DNA of 64,000 nucleotides from Blepharisma stoltei ATCC 30299. Taxonomy: Eukaryota; Protista; Ciliophora. Both the position numbers and the translations under genes were made by a program. The stretch spans positions 682,001 through 746,000 of the forward strand of contig CBFDEM010000032.1 of the NCBI GenBank assembly GCA_965603825.1. Reading direction: 5' to 3'. Below are positions 48,757-60,074 of the stretch, one piece after another; position 1 is the first letter of the stretch; every line of letters starts with the position of its first letter. The notes under the pieces were generated by a model. It saw nothing but the letters and a program-made list of their open reading frames with translations, did no database searches and was not told the DNA's origin.

Positions 48757-51072
48757 TTAATAAAACCATGGTTGTAGCTTGATAGATTGTAGATAGTCTT
48801 CATGGACGCTTTGGCCGACTATAAAAGCCAGCTTGTGAGCCATCATTGTAGGTGCTGGGACTTTAATTCCTCCACTCCAGTTGTAGTACATGTAGCACAG
48901 CTTGAATGCAAGTTTTGCATAAGTCATAACATCTGTTTCCCTTACAGGGCAGGTGTTTTCAATAACTCTATATAGAGTTGGAGATGCCATGCCTTGAGTG
49001 ACTGAGTGAGCAATTAAATAGAAAGAATTAGGGTCTGGAACTACTACAGAATTCACAACAGTTCCTGGCAATGGATTACCTATTCCTCTATTAGATGGAG
49101 CATAGAGCTTTGCATTAGTCTTTTTATTCACTATAATATAAGTGAAGTTCGGATGGTAATCTTCAAAGCTGTTTATAACTTTTTTCATTCCTTCTACCTC
49201 GAATATTCTAACAGCTTCTATTTGGGAGTCTGCAACACCATCTCTGTACACAATGACATGCTCAGGCATGAATCTTCTTTTGGTATTTTCGAAGAAGGCA
49301 ACAAGTGCTTCTCTTAGACAGCCGCTCACAGAGGATGCAATCTCTTCTCCGCTTCTAGGCTGCAGCTTTACACTGTTATAGTATTGAGTAAATGCAGGAT
49401 GGATAGATGCTACAAATCCTACAACGCTTTGTGACTTTTTCACGGTGTCGTGGAAAACATCAATTCCAATGACCATTGTTTTCATTAGCAGATTTTCGGT
49501 AGGTGCAAGTGCCCATAGATGAGATCCAGTTTTTGCAGCAATTTGAAGTACTAGCTTAGACATGATTGAGTCAAATCTTTTAGGGTTTCTCACGCTATTT
49601 CCCATTACAACTTGTGTCGGAATGCCTGATGTCAAGCAAGAAGCTTCTTTTATTTCGTGGTATCTGTCTCTCATGTTGCCTGGCAGCAGAATAACACCGA
49701 TTTGAGGAGCTGGACGACCTCCTGGAGGTCTGTTGAGGGCGCTAACTAAGTTTGGCAGTGATTTAGGATTATAGTCAAGCTGATAGGGAGCTCCCATAGT
49801 GACGCCTATTTGTCTAGCTTTATTTTGAAGAGTTTTCACTAGTTTGTCTCTGTCTTCCTGGTCTCTTTGTGTAGAAAGCACAGCCCAAGTGTCAATATTT
49901 ACAGGTGTTAGGATGCTTCCTTTGAGGTTAAATCCACCTTTATCGTCTAAGTCAATTGACTGGTTCCCACCCACTTTGATTTTTTCCATAGGAAGTCTTA
50001 TGGCATCAACTGTAATTGGCTCTGGGTTAATTCCTAAGGAGAATTTATTTGTAATTGCAGACATTTCTCTTCCTCCTAATCTGTTTGCTACTGTTTGACT
50101 TGTTGTCAGACGCTCTTGTGGTTGTAGCCTAGTATATACAGCTATATCGCTCATAACCCTAAAATCGCTTCTCATTTCATCTGAAATCCCAGTGAGCCTA
50201 CAAAGCTCAGGGATTAGCTTGATTGTCTTCTGTCCTCTGTTAATAGTCGTAATAATTAAAGGCTGCCTCATATCCTTGATATTGACATTATGATGAGTTT
50301 TATAGTAGTTTTTATAAGAAACTGGCCCTTCTCTGCCTTGGAAAGTCGAATTGGGATTTTCTTGTGTGTCAATGCCTTCAATTCTATAGCACATATAGTT
50401 CCCATAGCTCGCCATCACTATAAGTCCTTCCATACTTTTCTCCAGCGCTTGGCCTAGATTTCTTGGGCCACTTGCTTCAATTTCTCTAATCATGTCTAAA
50501 GCAGTCATGTTACGGATAATCTTGCTTGCAAAGTCTAAATTTAGTAGCATTTGGTCATAGTGATGCTGAAATACAGCAGTGTAGCCTCTCCATACTTCAA
50601 GCTGATGGGCTGGCACTTGACATGTTTGAGTCCTGTCATAGTATTTCGGAAGACGAGTTACTTGTAGTAGATGAAGCTCTTTCAGCATTTTCTTAAGGAT
50701 GACATTCGAGTACATTTTAAATTGCTCTGGCTTTGAATTGTCAATTGTGCCAACGAGACGAACATTTAAGGTATATTCTTCGTTTTCAAATCCTTTAGCA
50801 AATGCTGAAAAAGGTTCTTGCTTTATCCTCAAAGCTGCGATGTTGGTCCCTAATTTCATAAATTCACCTATCTGTGCTTCGATGGCATCTTTGGCTCCTT
50901 TGATTAGTGTGTCACGAAGACTTCGATTGTTATCCTCGACGTCAGGGGTGAACTCTATGAAATAGAGCCCAACATTCCCAGCTGGAGTGCGGTTCAGCCT
51001 GAAAAAGTTGGTGACAATTTGGATTGGCCTGCCTTGAGAAGCAGCACTTCTTTGTCTTGAAGCTGGCTCCAT
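48757..51072 (-). CDS. Piwi-clade Argonaute (N-PAZ-MID-PIWI) with intact DEDH tetrad
   Basis: TNFF, LIPELC.LTG (PAZ), RYHEIK and PTQVV (MID), GIDVFH, GEEI, YRDGV and YYNWSGGIKVPAP..MAHKLA. Confidence 0.95.
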   Translation of the reverse strand: MEPASRQRSAASQGRPIQIVTNFFRLNRTPAGNVGLYFIEFTPDVEDNNRSLRDTLIKGAKDAIEAQIGEFMKLGTNIAALRIKQEPFSAFAKGFENEEYTLNVRLVGTIDNSKPEQFKMYSNVILKKMLKELHLLQVTRLPKYYDRTQTCQVPAHQLEVWRGYTAVFQHHYDQMLLNLDFASKIIRNMTALDMIREIEASGPRNLGQALEKSMEGLIVMASYGNYMCYRIEGIDTQENPNSTFQGREGPVSYKNYYKTHHNVNIKDMRQPLIITTINRGQKTIKLIPELCRLTGISDEMRSDFRVMSDIAVYTRLQPQERLTTSQTVANRLGGREMSAITNKFSLGINPEPITVDAIRLPMEKIKVGGNQSIDLDDKGGFNLKGSILTPVNIDTWAVLSTQRDQEDRDKLVKTLQNKARQIGVTMGAPYQLDYNPKSLPNLVSALNRPPGGRPAPQIGVILLPGNMRDRYHEIKEASCLTSGIPTQVVMGNSVRNPKRFDSIMSKLVLQIAAKTGSHLWALAPTENLLMKTMVIGIDVFHDTVKKSQSVVGFVASIHPAFTQYYNSVKLQPRSGEEIASSVSGCLREALVAFFENTKRRFMPEHVIVYRDGVADSQIEAVRIFEVEGMKKVINSFEDYHPNFTYIIVNKKTNAKLYAPSNRGIGNPLPGTVVNSVVVPDPNSFYLIAHSVTQGMASPTLYRVIENTCPVRETDVMTYAKLAFKLCYMYYNWSGGIKVPAPTMMAHKLAFIVGQSVHEDYLQSIKLQPWFY

Positions 51073-51518
51073 AATATATATTTATTATCCATTGAAAATT
51101 TAATCCCAAAATCGGGGACAAAAGGGAAAACTGTAGCTTTTATAGATATTTATATAATTCTTATATGAAGTTAGGGTGCTCAGCATTAGCTTGTAAGAAT
51201 TTTAATTTTTATTAATTATTCCCTCTTTCTTTCAATCAGAAAAAAGAAGGGCTACCTTTTTAGTTGAGCTATTTTTATTATTTTTACAATTTCCTCTATA
51301 AATTACAATCATTCTATAAAGAAAATACGTTTTGGAATTCTTATTTCTCTAATTTACTCAATACCAAAATTTTAAAAATTTTTTTTTATTCGCCAATTAG
51401 CCTCTACCATCCTAGTTTACTTCCCAAATTTCCAAAATTTAATACTTAATTCCCTCAAAAAAATACTAAAAAATATCCTTCCAACATACAAAACTCAAAA
51501 TCTCCATTTTCTTCATAA

Positions 51519-52847
51519 ATGGAATCTGTTCAAGTCCTATGCTGTCTTTGCGGACTTCCAATGACATACAGCCAAGCCAAAATGTGTATGAACTGCTTAT
51601 CTCTCCGGGCAACTATCACAGACACAATAGACAAAGAGCAAACCCTGGAAATTTGCCGATATTGTGATCGATATAATCGTCCTCCTTGGCTATCAGCGAA
51701 ACTTGAAAGTCCTGAGCTTTTACAAATTTGTTTATCACGTATAAAAGGATTATCTAAAGCAAAGCTCATTGATGCTGCTTTTGTGTGGACTGAAGAGCAC
51801 TCAAGAAGAATTAAAGTAAGGATTACAATACAAAAAGAGGTAGAAAATACAATGCTAGAGCAGCAATGTATAGTAAATTTTGTAGTTAATGATACACAAT
51901 GTGAAGACTGCCAGAGATCGTTTACTCCACATCAGTGGATGGCAAAGGTGCAGCTGAGACAAAAAGTGAGTCATAAAAGGACAATTTACTATCTTGAACA
52001 AATCATATTAAAAAATCACTATCAAAAAGACTGCTTAGGGGTAAAACCTAAGAAAAATGGCATAGATTTTCATTTTGGAACTAAAGCACACGCTCAAAAA
52101 TTTATCGATTATATCCACTCAGCAGTCCCTCTCCAAGTAAAGATGTCTAAAGAATTGATTTCTTCTGACCCAAAATCAAACACATATAACTACAAATTTA
52201 CATTTTTAGCTGAAATTATCCCTATTTGTAGGGACGATTTATTAGTCCTGCCTAAGTCACAAAGAATTCCTGGCCTTGGCCGTGTTGTCATGTGCTATAA
52301 GCTTGCAAGCTTAATTCGTGTATTAGACATAAGGAACTTCAGGACTGGAGAAATAAAATCAGATAGGTACTGGAAGCAGCCTTTCCACGTCTATGCAGGC
52401 AGAGAATGGCTTGAAGAATTCATTGTTTTGGATATTGACGAGCGCTCAGAAATGCATGAAGACGAGCCTAACCGATTAAAAACTGTTGAGGTAGAAGTAG
52501 CAAGATCTAATGATGCCAGATTTGGGGAGACTACTTATAGAGTAAAAACACATCTGGGGAATATTTTAAGGGCTGGTGATACAGTACTTGGGTATAATCT
52601 AGAAAACATGGTAGGCCATGGGCTTGAGACTGAAAGTTTTGATGATTGTCCACAAGTGGTTTTAGTCAAAAAAATCATATCAAAAGAAGAAAAACAGAAA
52701 CCAAAAATAAAAATAGAGAGGATAGCTGAAGTCGAAGAAGAGCCTGATTTTGGAGAATTTTTAGAAGAGGTTGAAAACGATCCTGAGCTCCAAAGTCAAA
52801 TTTTAGGTGAGCCTTCTACACAACCGACAGAAATTCAGTTAAAATAA
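51519..52847 (+). CDS. NMD3: 60S ribosomal export adaptor NMD3
   Basis: CCLCG..MCMNC, CRYC, LESPELL, LIDAAFVWTEEHSRRIKV, QLRQKVSHKRT..YLEQ, PICRDDL and KTHLG motifs. Confidence 0.95.
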   Translation: MESVQVLCCLCGLPMTYSQAKMCMNCLSLRATITDTIDKEQTLEICRYCDRYNRPPWLSAKLESPELLQICLSRIKGLSKAKLIDAAFVWTEEHSRRIKVRITIQKEVENTMLEQQCIVNFVVNDTQCEDCQRSFTPHQWMAKVQLRQKVSHKRTIYYLEQIILKNHYQKDCLGVKPKKNGIDFHFGTKAHAQKFIDYIHSAVPLQVKMSKELISSDPKSNTYNYKFTFLAEIIPICRDDLLVLPKSQRIPGLGRVVMCYKLASLIRVLDIRNFRTGEIKSDRYWKQPFHVYAGREWLEEFIVLDIDERSEMHEDEPNRLKTVEVEVARSNDARFGETTYRVKTHLGNILRAGDTVLGYNLENMVGHGLETESFDDCPQVVLVKKIISKEEKQKPKIKIERIAEVEEEPDFGEFLEEVENDPELQSQILGEPSTQPTEIQLK

Positions 52848-52869
52848 TATACTTTTTATTAAAATTATT

Positions 52870-53664
52870 ATGATTGATAAAAATCTTAGCAAAACATATA
52901 GGACTTCATTAGAAAATGATTTCCTTAAATCCAGCTCAAGATCCTCTACACCTTCTATATACAGACACACAGATTTAGGCTATGAAATGCATACAGTGGC
53001 TAGATCACGAAAAGAAACTGATAACAAAGTCCAGCTTCTAGATAATCGAATAAAAATGCTGCTAAGAAAAGACAACAGTGTCCAAAAAGCCGCTGAAAAT
53101 GCCCACAAAAAAGCTGATTATTTATTAAAAACTAGAGAACGATACATTAATGACGTAATGGCTGCTCACAAGCTAAAGGTAAAGAAAGAAAAAGAGATTG
53201 AAAAAATGAAAGAAATAGCCCAAATAAGGAAAAAAGTCCAAGAAAGCATGCTAAAAGAAATAAAAGAGGAGGTCGTCATTGATAAAAAATACTCTGCAAA
53301 AGAAATTAAAAAGATTTCTAGCTTAAATGAAGTAAAAGCTAAAGAAAACAAACATTTAGACTTAAGGAAAAAATTAGGAAGCAAATTTATAAAACAGATA
53401 GAAGATGATATGATAAAAAGAAAAAGGAGTGTGAGCCAGTTAAATTATAAAAACGCTATAAGAGAAAAATACGAAAATAAAATCCAGATAGAAAAAGAGC
53501 TCAGAGAAGACTCAGTCAAGAAATTAACAGAGCTGGAAGAGCTAGAAGCAGCCCTACTACTCAAGCTTTCTGATACAATGACACTAAGGAATCAGGCCCT
53601 ATCTAAACTGGAATCAATCTCAAAAATTTCACCTCCATACACCCCTTCACCTGTGATGAATTAA
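52870..53664 (+). CDS. Basic coiled-coil hypothetical protein
   Basis: 264-aa ATG-to-TAA ORF with K/E-rich helices (VQLLDNRIKML; LEELEAALLLKL..T). Confidence 0.7.
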   Translation: MIDKNLSKTYRTSLENDFLKSSSRSSTPSIYRHTDLGYEMHTVARSRKETDNKVQLLDNRIKMLLRKDNSVQKAAENAHKKADYLLKTRERYINDVMAAHKLKVKKEKEIEKMKEIAQIRKKVQESMLKEIKEEVVIDKKYSAKEIKKISSLNEVKAKENKHLDLRKKLGSKFIKQIEDDMIKRKRSVSQLNYKNAIREKYENKIQIEKELREDSVKKLTELEELEAALLLKLSDTMTLRNQALSKLESISKISPPYTPSPVMN

Positions 53665-53715
53665 TTTTACTATAACTTATCAATAATTAACGCTCTTCAA
53701 AATTCCTCATAATAA

Positions 53716-54846
53716 ATGGAAATAAGAAATTCTGATTTTTCCACCCTTCCTCATGAATTTTCCCGTAGCAGCCACAGATCTAACACCTCTTATCTTGTAG
53801 ACCAAAGCGCTGATAAGTCAGCATATAAAAAAGACAAAGCCTGTGCAGTTTGTAATACAAATTTCAGTATTCTGGGGCTGACTCAGAAGCATCATTGTAA
53901 TTTTTGCTATCGTGGAGTCTGCTGAAAATGCTCCTTGCAGCAGGCTTATCATCCTGATATGCATGAAATGACGAGAATATGTGACCAGTGCTATAATAAA
54001 TCAATACAAACAAAAATCAGTAAAGAATTTGAAAGTAGCCTAGGGGATGTAAAAAACGAAATTAAAGAACTTAAAGAAAAACTGCAAAGTGAACAAAGAA
54101 CGTCAAGATCTGAAAAAATTGTAAAAACGCAAATAAAAGGAGAATTAACAAAAATTGTGGAAAAGAATAAAGAAACAGAAAATGAGTTAAGCAAAAAAAT
54201 TGAAGAATCTGAAAAAGCTAATGAGGAAATAGAAAATGAAAACCAAAAACTTAATGAAGAAATTGATGAAATTTTAAAAAATGAAGAAAATATAGATGGA
54301 GAGTTAAAATCAATTCAAAGCCAAATAGAAGAAGGGCTCCAGGATTTAAAAAACTACCAGTTAAAAATTGAGGAAATAAAAAATTTGAATTCAAAAGAAA
54401 TAAATAATAACCAAAAAAAGAACTCAGCTATAAAAAAGGCTGAAAAGATTCAAGAAAAGCTAGATGGAGAAAAGCTTCAAAGAGAAAAAGAAGAAACTGA
54501 TAAAAACCAAAGAATAGAAAGGTCTAAAAAAGAAATAGACGAAGTAAAAAGAATGAATACAAGATTAATTCATAAAATCCAAGAATTACAAGAAAATGAA
54601 GACACTGAAGAAGAAATCAGAAAATCCTTGGAAACGCCAAACAGACTATCAGAAAGGCTATCAATCACACCAAGAATGGGAGACCCATACAAGCTGCTAA
54701 GGGACCAATTGAAGTCTCAAATTGAAGAAATAAGCAAGCTTCAATTGGAAATAAAAAATTCAAAAAATGAAAGCACTTTTACGTTAAATAAAGAAAGCAT
54801 GAGAGATCCTTTTGAAAGAGACCAATGCAAATGTGTACTTCAATAA
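53716..54846 (+). CDS. FYVE-like zinc finger plus coiled-coil protein with CaaX-like end (CKCVLQ)
   Basis: CAVC..F...QKHHCNFCYRGVCW(TGA)KCS...RICDQC; ORFs 53716 and 53935 are in frame. Confidence 0.82.
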
Positions 54847-54880
54847 GCTTGGTAATAATAAAAACGCAATTTAATCCTTT

Positions 54881-55312
54881 CTAATTAGAAATTAAGTTAT
54901 TAATTGCTTCAATGACCTCCGATTTTTCAGTGTCACCTTCCCAAGCTCTTCTCAGTGCATCAATAGCTTCTCCAACTTTGAGCTTTAATTCATGTGGGTT
55001 ATTTAATAAAGATAAAAGTCCTTCATTATCTATTTTCAAAAGCATATAAGTGATTTCCTGCAATCTTTCAGTTCGAATTCATCAGCACAACTGGGTACAA
55101 CACTGCTCCTAGCGGTTTTTTTTGAGCTCTGAGCAATTTCATAGGTATTGATGTCCAAAATTATTGGTATTGGCTTAGGCTGGGATAATTGCTGAGAAGG
55201 GAAAACTGTGTTATAAGGGTAAACTGGCTGCTGAGGGAATGCACGAAGAGGGAATATTTGGGGTGAGAACACTGATTTTCCTCTCTATTTGTTGAGGACT
55301 TTCCATAGGCAT
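54881..55312 (-). pseudogene. Frameshifted 3' fragment of a poly(A)-binding protein (P/Q linker plus MLLE domain)
   Basis: Across three frames: P/Q-rich linker; QKKPLGAVLYPVV...KIAG; ITYMLLKIDNEGLLSLLNNPHELKLKVGEAIDAL. No RRMs. Confidence 0.7.
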
Positions 55313-55363
55313 ATTGGCCAAAAATATATATTTTTGTTTATAAAAATGTAAATTGAAGGAAAA

Positions 55364-55668
55364 TCAATCCCAATCAATTTTGTAAAAAATATTATAAAGC
55401 AATTAGAAATCTCAGGGAAAGTCGAAAGACCATATATAGGATTAAGCTTCACCCAGACTTCTCCAGGCTTAACAGTTATAAAAGTGCAGCCTGATTGTCC
55501 AATTGAAAAAGTAGGAATCAGAGTTGGCGATATTATAGTGGCGGCTGATGGAAGAGAACTAAATAGTGCTGAAGATTTAACAAAGTTTTAGGATTTAAAA
55601 TAGGAATTATTATACACGTAGATATTTTGAGGGAAAAAGAAAAGCTTAGTTTTACTATAGCAACATAA
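55364..55668 (+). pseudogene. Frameshifted C-terminal fragment of an HtrA/Deg protease (PDZ domain)
   Basis: SIPINFVKNIIKQLEISGKVERPYIGL...VIKVQPDCPIEKVGIRVGDIIVAADG; stop/frameshift near 55588, then LGFKIG...VDILR. No start codon or protease domain. Confidence 0.72.
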
Positions 55669-55900
55669 TAATTATATAAAATATTAGTCTTTAATTATTG
55701 AAGAATGTAGCAATTTGATAAATTATTTTTGAATATTCGTAATTTAGATTTTATAGATATAAAGTGCGAATCTGTTAAAGTAAAGTTTGAGATATTGATG
55801 CCCTTTAGAATTTAGCTTAATTGGTGCTTAGAAAAATGATTTTTGAAAATAAGGCAATGTCCTTGGATTCAAATTTTCTGTAGAGCTTATTTATGAAACC

Positions 55901-55930
55901 GTTTTATATATATATATATATATATAAAAC
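55901..55930. repeat. (TA)n microsatellite forming a perfect 30-bp palindrome
   Basis: GTTT(TA)11AAAC read directly from the sequence. Confidence 0.85.
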
Positions 55931-56149
55931 CATTTTTGAAGCGCTGTCCGCTTAAAATATTTATTGAATCAATCATTATAATTTTTTTTATGTAAAATAA
56001 GAGATATTAATTTGCTGCAGATTCTTCAATTTTTAATAATTTATTTACTTCTCTCAATAATATTAGCAAAATTAACCTCAAAGTCCCTATCATCATACAT
56101 TTTATGCATACAATAGAAATCAATAAAAAATAATAATTTAGACTAATTA

Positions 56150-56774
56150 AACGTTTGCTGGCTCTAAACTTGCGGCTTTACTTTTATTCAGCATTTCAGG
56201 AGTATTTTGCATATTACTTTTATCTAGACATGACCCGCATATTTCTGTAAAGAAGGATCTATTTAGACTCTCTAACTTTTGATTGAATACATTAAAGAGC
56301 TTTGCACCGTTGTATCAATCTCTGCTGGCTGTTGTCATCAATTTTACTTTCTCAATAGCTTCTTGAGGCTGTAAACTCAATAACCCTAAAATTGGATCTT
56401 GTTCTGACTTTAATAATTTAGAAGCTTGGGAAATTTTTGCAATGAGGTCCTTTATTTCATCTAAGTAGCAATCCAACTTGGTGAAATCTCCTAAATCTTT
56501 CTCTGAATTAGGAAGACGCTGGCGAAAGGAATCTATAATTTTTCTTCTCAACTCGCTAAATTTTGATTTTTCTTTTGCAAGGAATTCAAGAATTGCTTCT
56601 TTTGTCCCTTCACAAGGCTGCATAAACATTGATTCAAGATTATGAGCTCTATTAGGTAAGTTTACATGCTGCCCAATATGCTCTTCGCACAATAAAGTTT
56701 CAGGAGAAGAGCATTTTGCATGAATGCCCAGCCTCGTTCTTACACCCTGGCACGAAACATTTCTTCACCATCAT
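56150..56774 (-). pseudogene. Copy A of the Zn-finger/Kelch-like/TPR gene: 5' fragment only, frameshifted
   Basis: Near-identical to 59451-60074, but with a 1-bp insertion (GCATTTTGCA versus GCATTTGCA near 56714) and abrupt loss of homology at ~56150. Confidence 0.85.
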
Positions 56775-56922
56775 ATAACAATTATTAGATATCTAATTTT
56801 GTAAAGCTATATGCATTCTAATACTTTTTTCAAATAACTCAGTTTAATATATAGATGGCGCTCTGATAATCATTCGTTTGGAAACATAAAGCTACATTCC
56901 GAAAAATTTGAGGGGAGAATAT

Positions 56923-57020
56923 TACGATTCCATTAAAAGTTTGAAACAAAAAATTCAAGATACTGAAGGAAATACATCTCAAATGATTTATATAATTATT
57001 ATAATGATGACTTATTAGAA
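56923..57020 (+). pseudogene. Possible decayed ubiquitin-like fragment
   Basis: YDSIKSLKQKIQDTEG resembles ubiquitin SDTIENVKAKIQDKEG; short and frame-broken. Confidence 0.35.
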
Positions 57021-57032
57021 TCAAATTTTATT

Positions 57033-60000
57033 CTAAATATGCATTTTTTGGAGTAGCTCAATACGGTCTCGGTCTAATGTGTCGTTAATAAAATTGATAT
57101 CCTCCTTAGAAAGTTTCCATTCATCCCCAGTGAAAACACCACTTACTTGATTTTCTTGCTTCAAATTATAAGCCCTATTAAAGTCCTGCAAAGCTGCTTC
57201 TTCTTGTCTGAGACTATTAAATACTCTAGCTCGGCTGCAAAAATGCAAAGGATTATTGGGTGCAAGTTCGATTGCCTCATTATAGCATTCTATTGCTACT
57301 TGATATCTCTCTAAAGCATAAAGATTATTGCCTTTACGATTATAAAACCTGGCCTTATTTGGTTTGATTTGGATCGCTTTTTCATAGCTTTCTACTGCTT
57401 CTGAGTATCTTTCTAATTTATTTAAAGCATATCCTTTCCAAGAGTAAATATCAGCATCGTCTGGATTGAGTTTGATTGCTTCGTCATAGCATTCGATTGC
57501 TTCTAGATATCTTTTTAGATTAGACAAAGCAATGCCTTTATTATTGTAAAAGGTAGCATTTTTTGGATTGAGTTTGATAGCTTCATCATAGCATTCGATT
57601 GCTTCTAGATATCTTTCTAAATTATAAAAAGCGTCGCCTTTGTTATTGTAAAAGGTAGCAATTTTTGGATTGAGTTTGATTGCTTCGTCAGAGCATTCGA
57701 TTGCTTCTAGATATCTTTCTAAATTATAAAAAGCGTCGCCTTTATTATTGTAAAATTTAGCAGCTTTTGGATCGAGTTTGATTGCTTCATCATAGCATTC
57801 GATTGCTTCTAGATATCTTTCTAAATCAAACAAAGCTTTGCCTTTATTATTGTAAAAGGTAGCATTTTTTGGATCGAGTTTGATTGCTTCGTCATAGCAT
57901 TCGATTGCCTCTAGATATCTTTCTAAATCAGACAAAGCGTTGCCTTTATTATTGTAAAATTTAGTATCTTTTGGATTGAGTTTGATTGCTTCATCGTAGC
58001 ATTCGATTGCTTCTAGATATCTTTCTGAATAAGACAAAGCATTGCCTTTATAATTGTAAAAAGTATCACTGTTTGGATTAAGTTTGATTGCTTCATCATA
58101 GCATTCGATTGCTTCTAGATATCTTTCTAAATCAAACAAAGCGAATCCTTTATTATTGTAAAAGCTAGCATTTTTTGGATCGAGTTTGATTGTTTCGTTA
58201 TAGCGTTCAATTTGTTTTAATTTTTCTCCTAAAGTCTTTAGAGTATTGCCTTTTAGACTTCATTTATCCAGACAATTAGAATCAAGCTTAAAATTGATAT
58301 TGCATTTTATTACTTCAATCTTTTTACCTACTCTTCTAAGTGCGACATGCGTGTCATAGTAAGCAATATCAATAATGATTTTTTGATCTAAACTAAAAAA
58401 ATAATATTCTTCAGCCGATACAGAACTATTTGAGATGTATATTCCTCCTTTATTATATGAACAAAACACTTGATCATCATTGTAATTGACTTTTGATTCT
58501 GCTATTCTTCTCCAATTCGAGTAACTTCCAATTTCGCTTTCATAGATTGATCCAGGGCATTCAATCAAATAGAGTCTCTCTGCATTTATCAGGATCTTTC
58601 TTCCCCACTCTTCAAACTCATAAGGAATTGTCGAGAAAGAGTCAATATCAATTGAGTATAACCAAAGATTTCTACTCTTATATCCAGAAATCAAAATATT
58701 TCCATTAAATATTATACTAGAGCAAGAGTAATCAGCTTCTGGCATTGGAGTTAATTTAACTCATCGATTTTGATTCAAATCGAATCTACTAGACAGAACC
58801 AAATCACAATCATAATCACCTTCATATATTCCTCCAAAGCAATAGACGCTGTTTTTGAAATAGATACATGATGAGCAATAGTAAGGAGTTCCTGATGGCA
58901 GCACTTCGACTCCATCATCCACATCAATTAGCACTGTAATTCCAGAAAGGTTATGATTACCAAAACAGAATAGTTTGCCATTTGGAAGTTGGGTTATGCA
59001 AGTAGAATCGTCTAGTGGTTCTGGAGTCTGCAAGGTTTTGACTTCTTGGGTTTCAGTTTCAGTGTTATAAATAATTAAATTAGTTCTCTTGCTTCCTTTA
59101 TCTCATATAATATTATAAAGAGATATTTTTAGTTGATAAGCTTTGAGATAATCTTGGTAGGCTTGCATTAGTGGTGGATCATAAAGACTAGAATTGGCCT
59201 GAATTGCTGAGCAAGTTGTTCTGAGATCTATCTCTAATTCTCGATTATTCGGTCTACTCAAAATCTCAGCTGTTTTATTTCTTAAGGTATCTATGATACT
59301 TAAAGCACTTTCTGTTTCCTTGGATTTACTGTTGAGATAATTAGAAACAGCCCTTATGTGAGAATTAAGCAACCTTATTGGCTTGTTTGCGTTTTCAGAT
59401 TTTTTTAAAATCTCAAAGTTCTCATTTATTATCAAAAAATTCGAATCCTTAACGTTTGCTGGCTCTAAACTTGCGGCTTTACTTTTATTCAGCATTTCAG
59501 GAGTATTTTGCATATTACTTTTATCTAGATATGCCCCGCATATTTCTGTAAAGAAGGATCTATTTAGACTCTCTAACTTTTGATTGAATACATTAAAGAG
59601 CTTTGCACCGTTGTATCAATCTCTGCTGGCTGTTGTCATCAATTTTACTTTCTCAATAGCTTCTTGAGGCTGTAAACTCAATAATCCTAAATTTGGGTTT
59701 ATTTCTGACTTTAATAATTTTGAAGTTTGGGAAATTTTTGCAATTAAGTCATTTATTTCATCTAAGTAGCAACCCAGCTTGGTGAAATCTCCTAAGTCTT
59801 TCTCTGAATTAGGAAGACACTGGCGAAAGGAATCTATAATTTTTCTTCTCAACTCGCTAAATTTTGACTTTTCTTTTGCAAGGAATCCAAGAATTACTTC
59901 TTTTGTCCCTTCACAAGGCTGCATAAAAATAGATTCAAGAGTATGAGCTCTATCAGGTAAGTTTACATGCTCCCCGATATGCTCTTCGCACAATAAAATC

Positions 60001-60074
60001 TCAGGAGAAGAGCATTTGCATGAATGCCCAGCCTCGTTCATACACCCTGGCACGACACATTTCTTCACCATCAT
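57033..60074 (-). CDS. Copy B (intact, 1013 aa): Cys/His Zn finger (B-box-like), helical region, Kelch-like propeller and ~11 TPRs
   Basis: Five track ORFs lie in one frame joined by TGA(Trp); stop TAG at 57033. CxxxxC..CxC..CxxHxxxH..H; KLFCFG, VYCFGG, NRW.KLTPMP; TPR consensus YNNKG.AL..LERY.EAIECYDEAIKL.P. Confidence 0.85.
57471..58184 (-). repeat. Seven near-identical 102-bp tandem units encoding TPRs (copy B)
   Basis: Exact 102-bp period, with the TTTGAT anchor at 57471 and 58185. Confidence 0.9.

Noticed and set aside
1-54846. Apparent mass pseudogenisation or many small split genes in the ORF track
   Set aside because: The breaks are in-frame TGA codons at conserved Trp sites or 15/16-nt introns; the genes are intact under UGA=Trp.
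57471-58184. CRISPR-like repeat/spacer array
   Set aside because: The units are contiguous 102-bp in-frame TPR codons with no unique spacers; the context is eukaryotic and there are no cas genes.
2594-59583. Numerous antisense ORFs rich in F/S/L/I (e.g. 2594..3001, 14602..14988, 31934..32377, 53166..53384, 59383..59583)
   Set aside because: They are reverse-strand shadows of K/E-rich genes and have no independent motifs.
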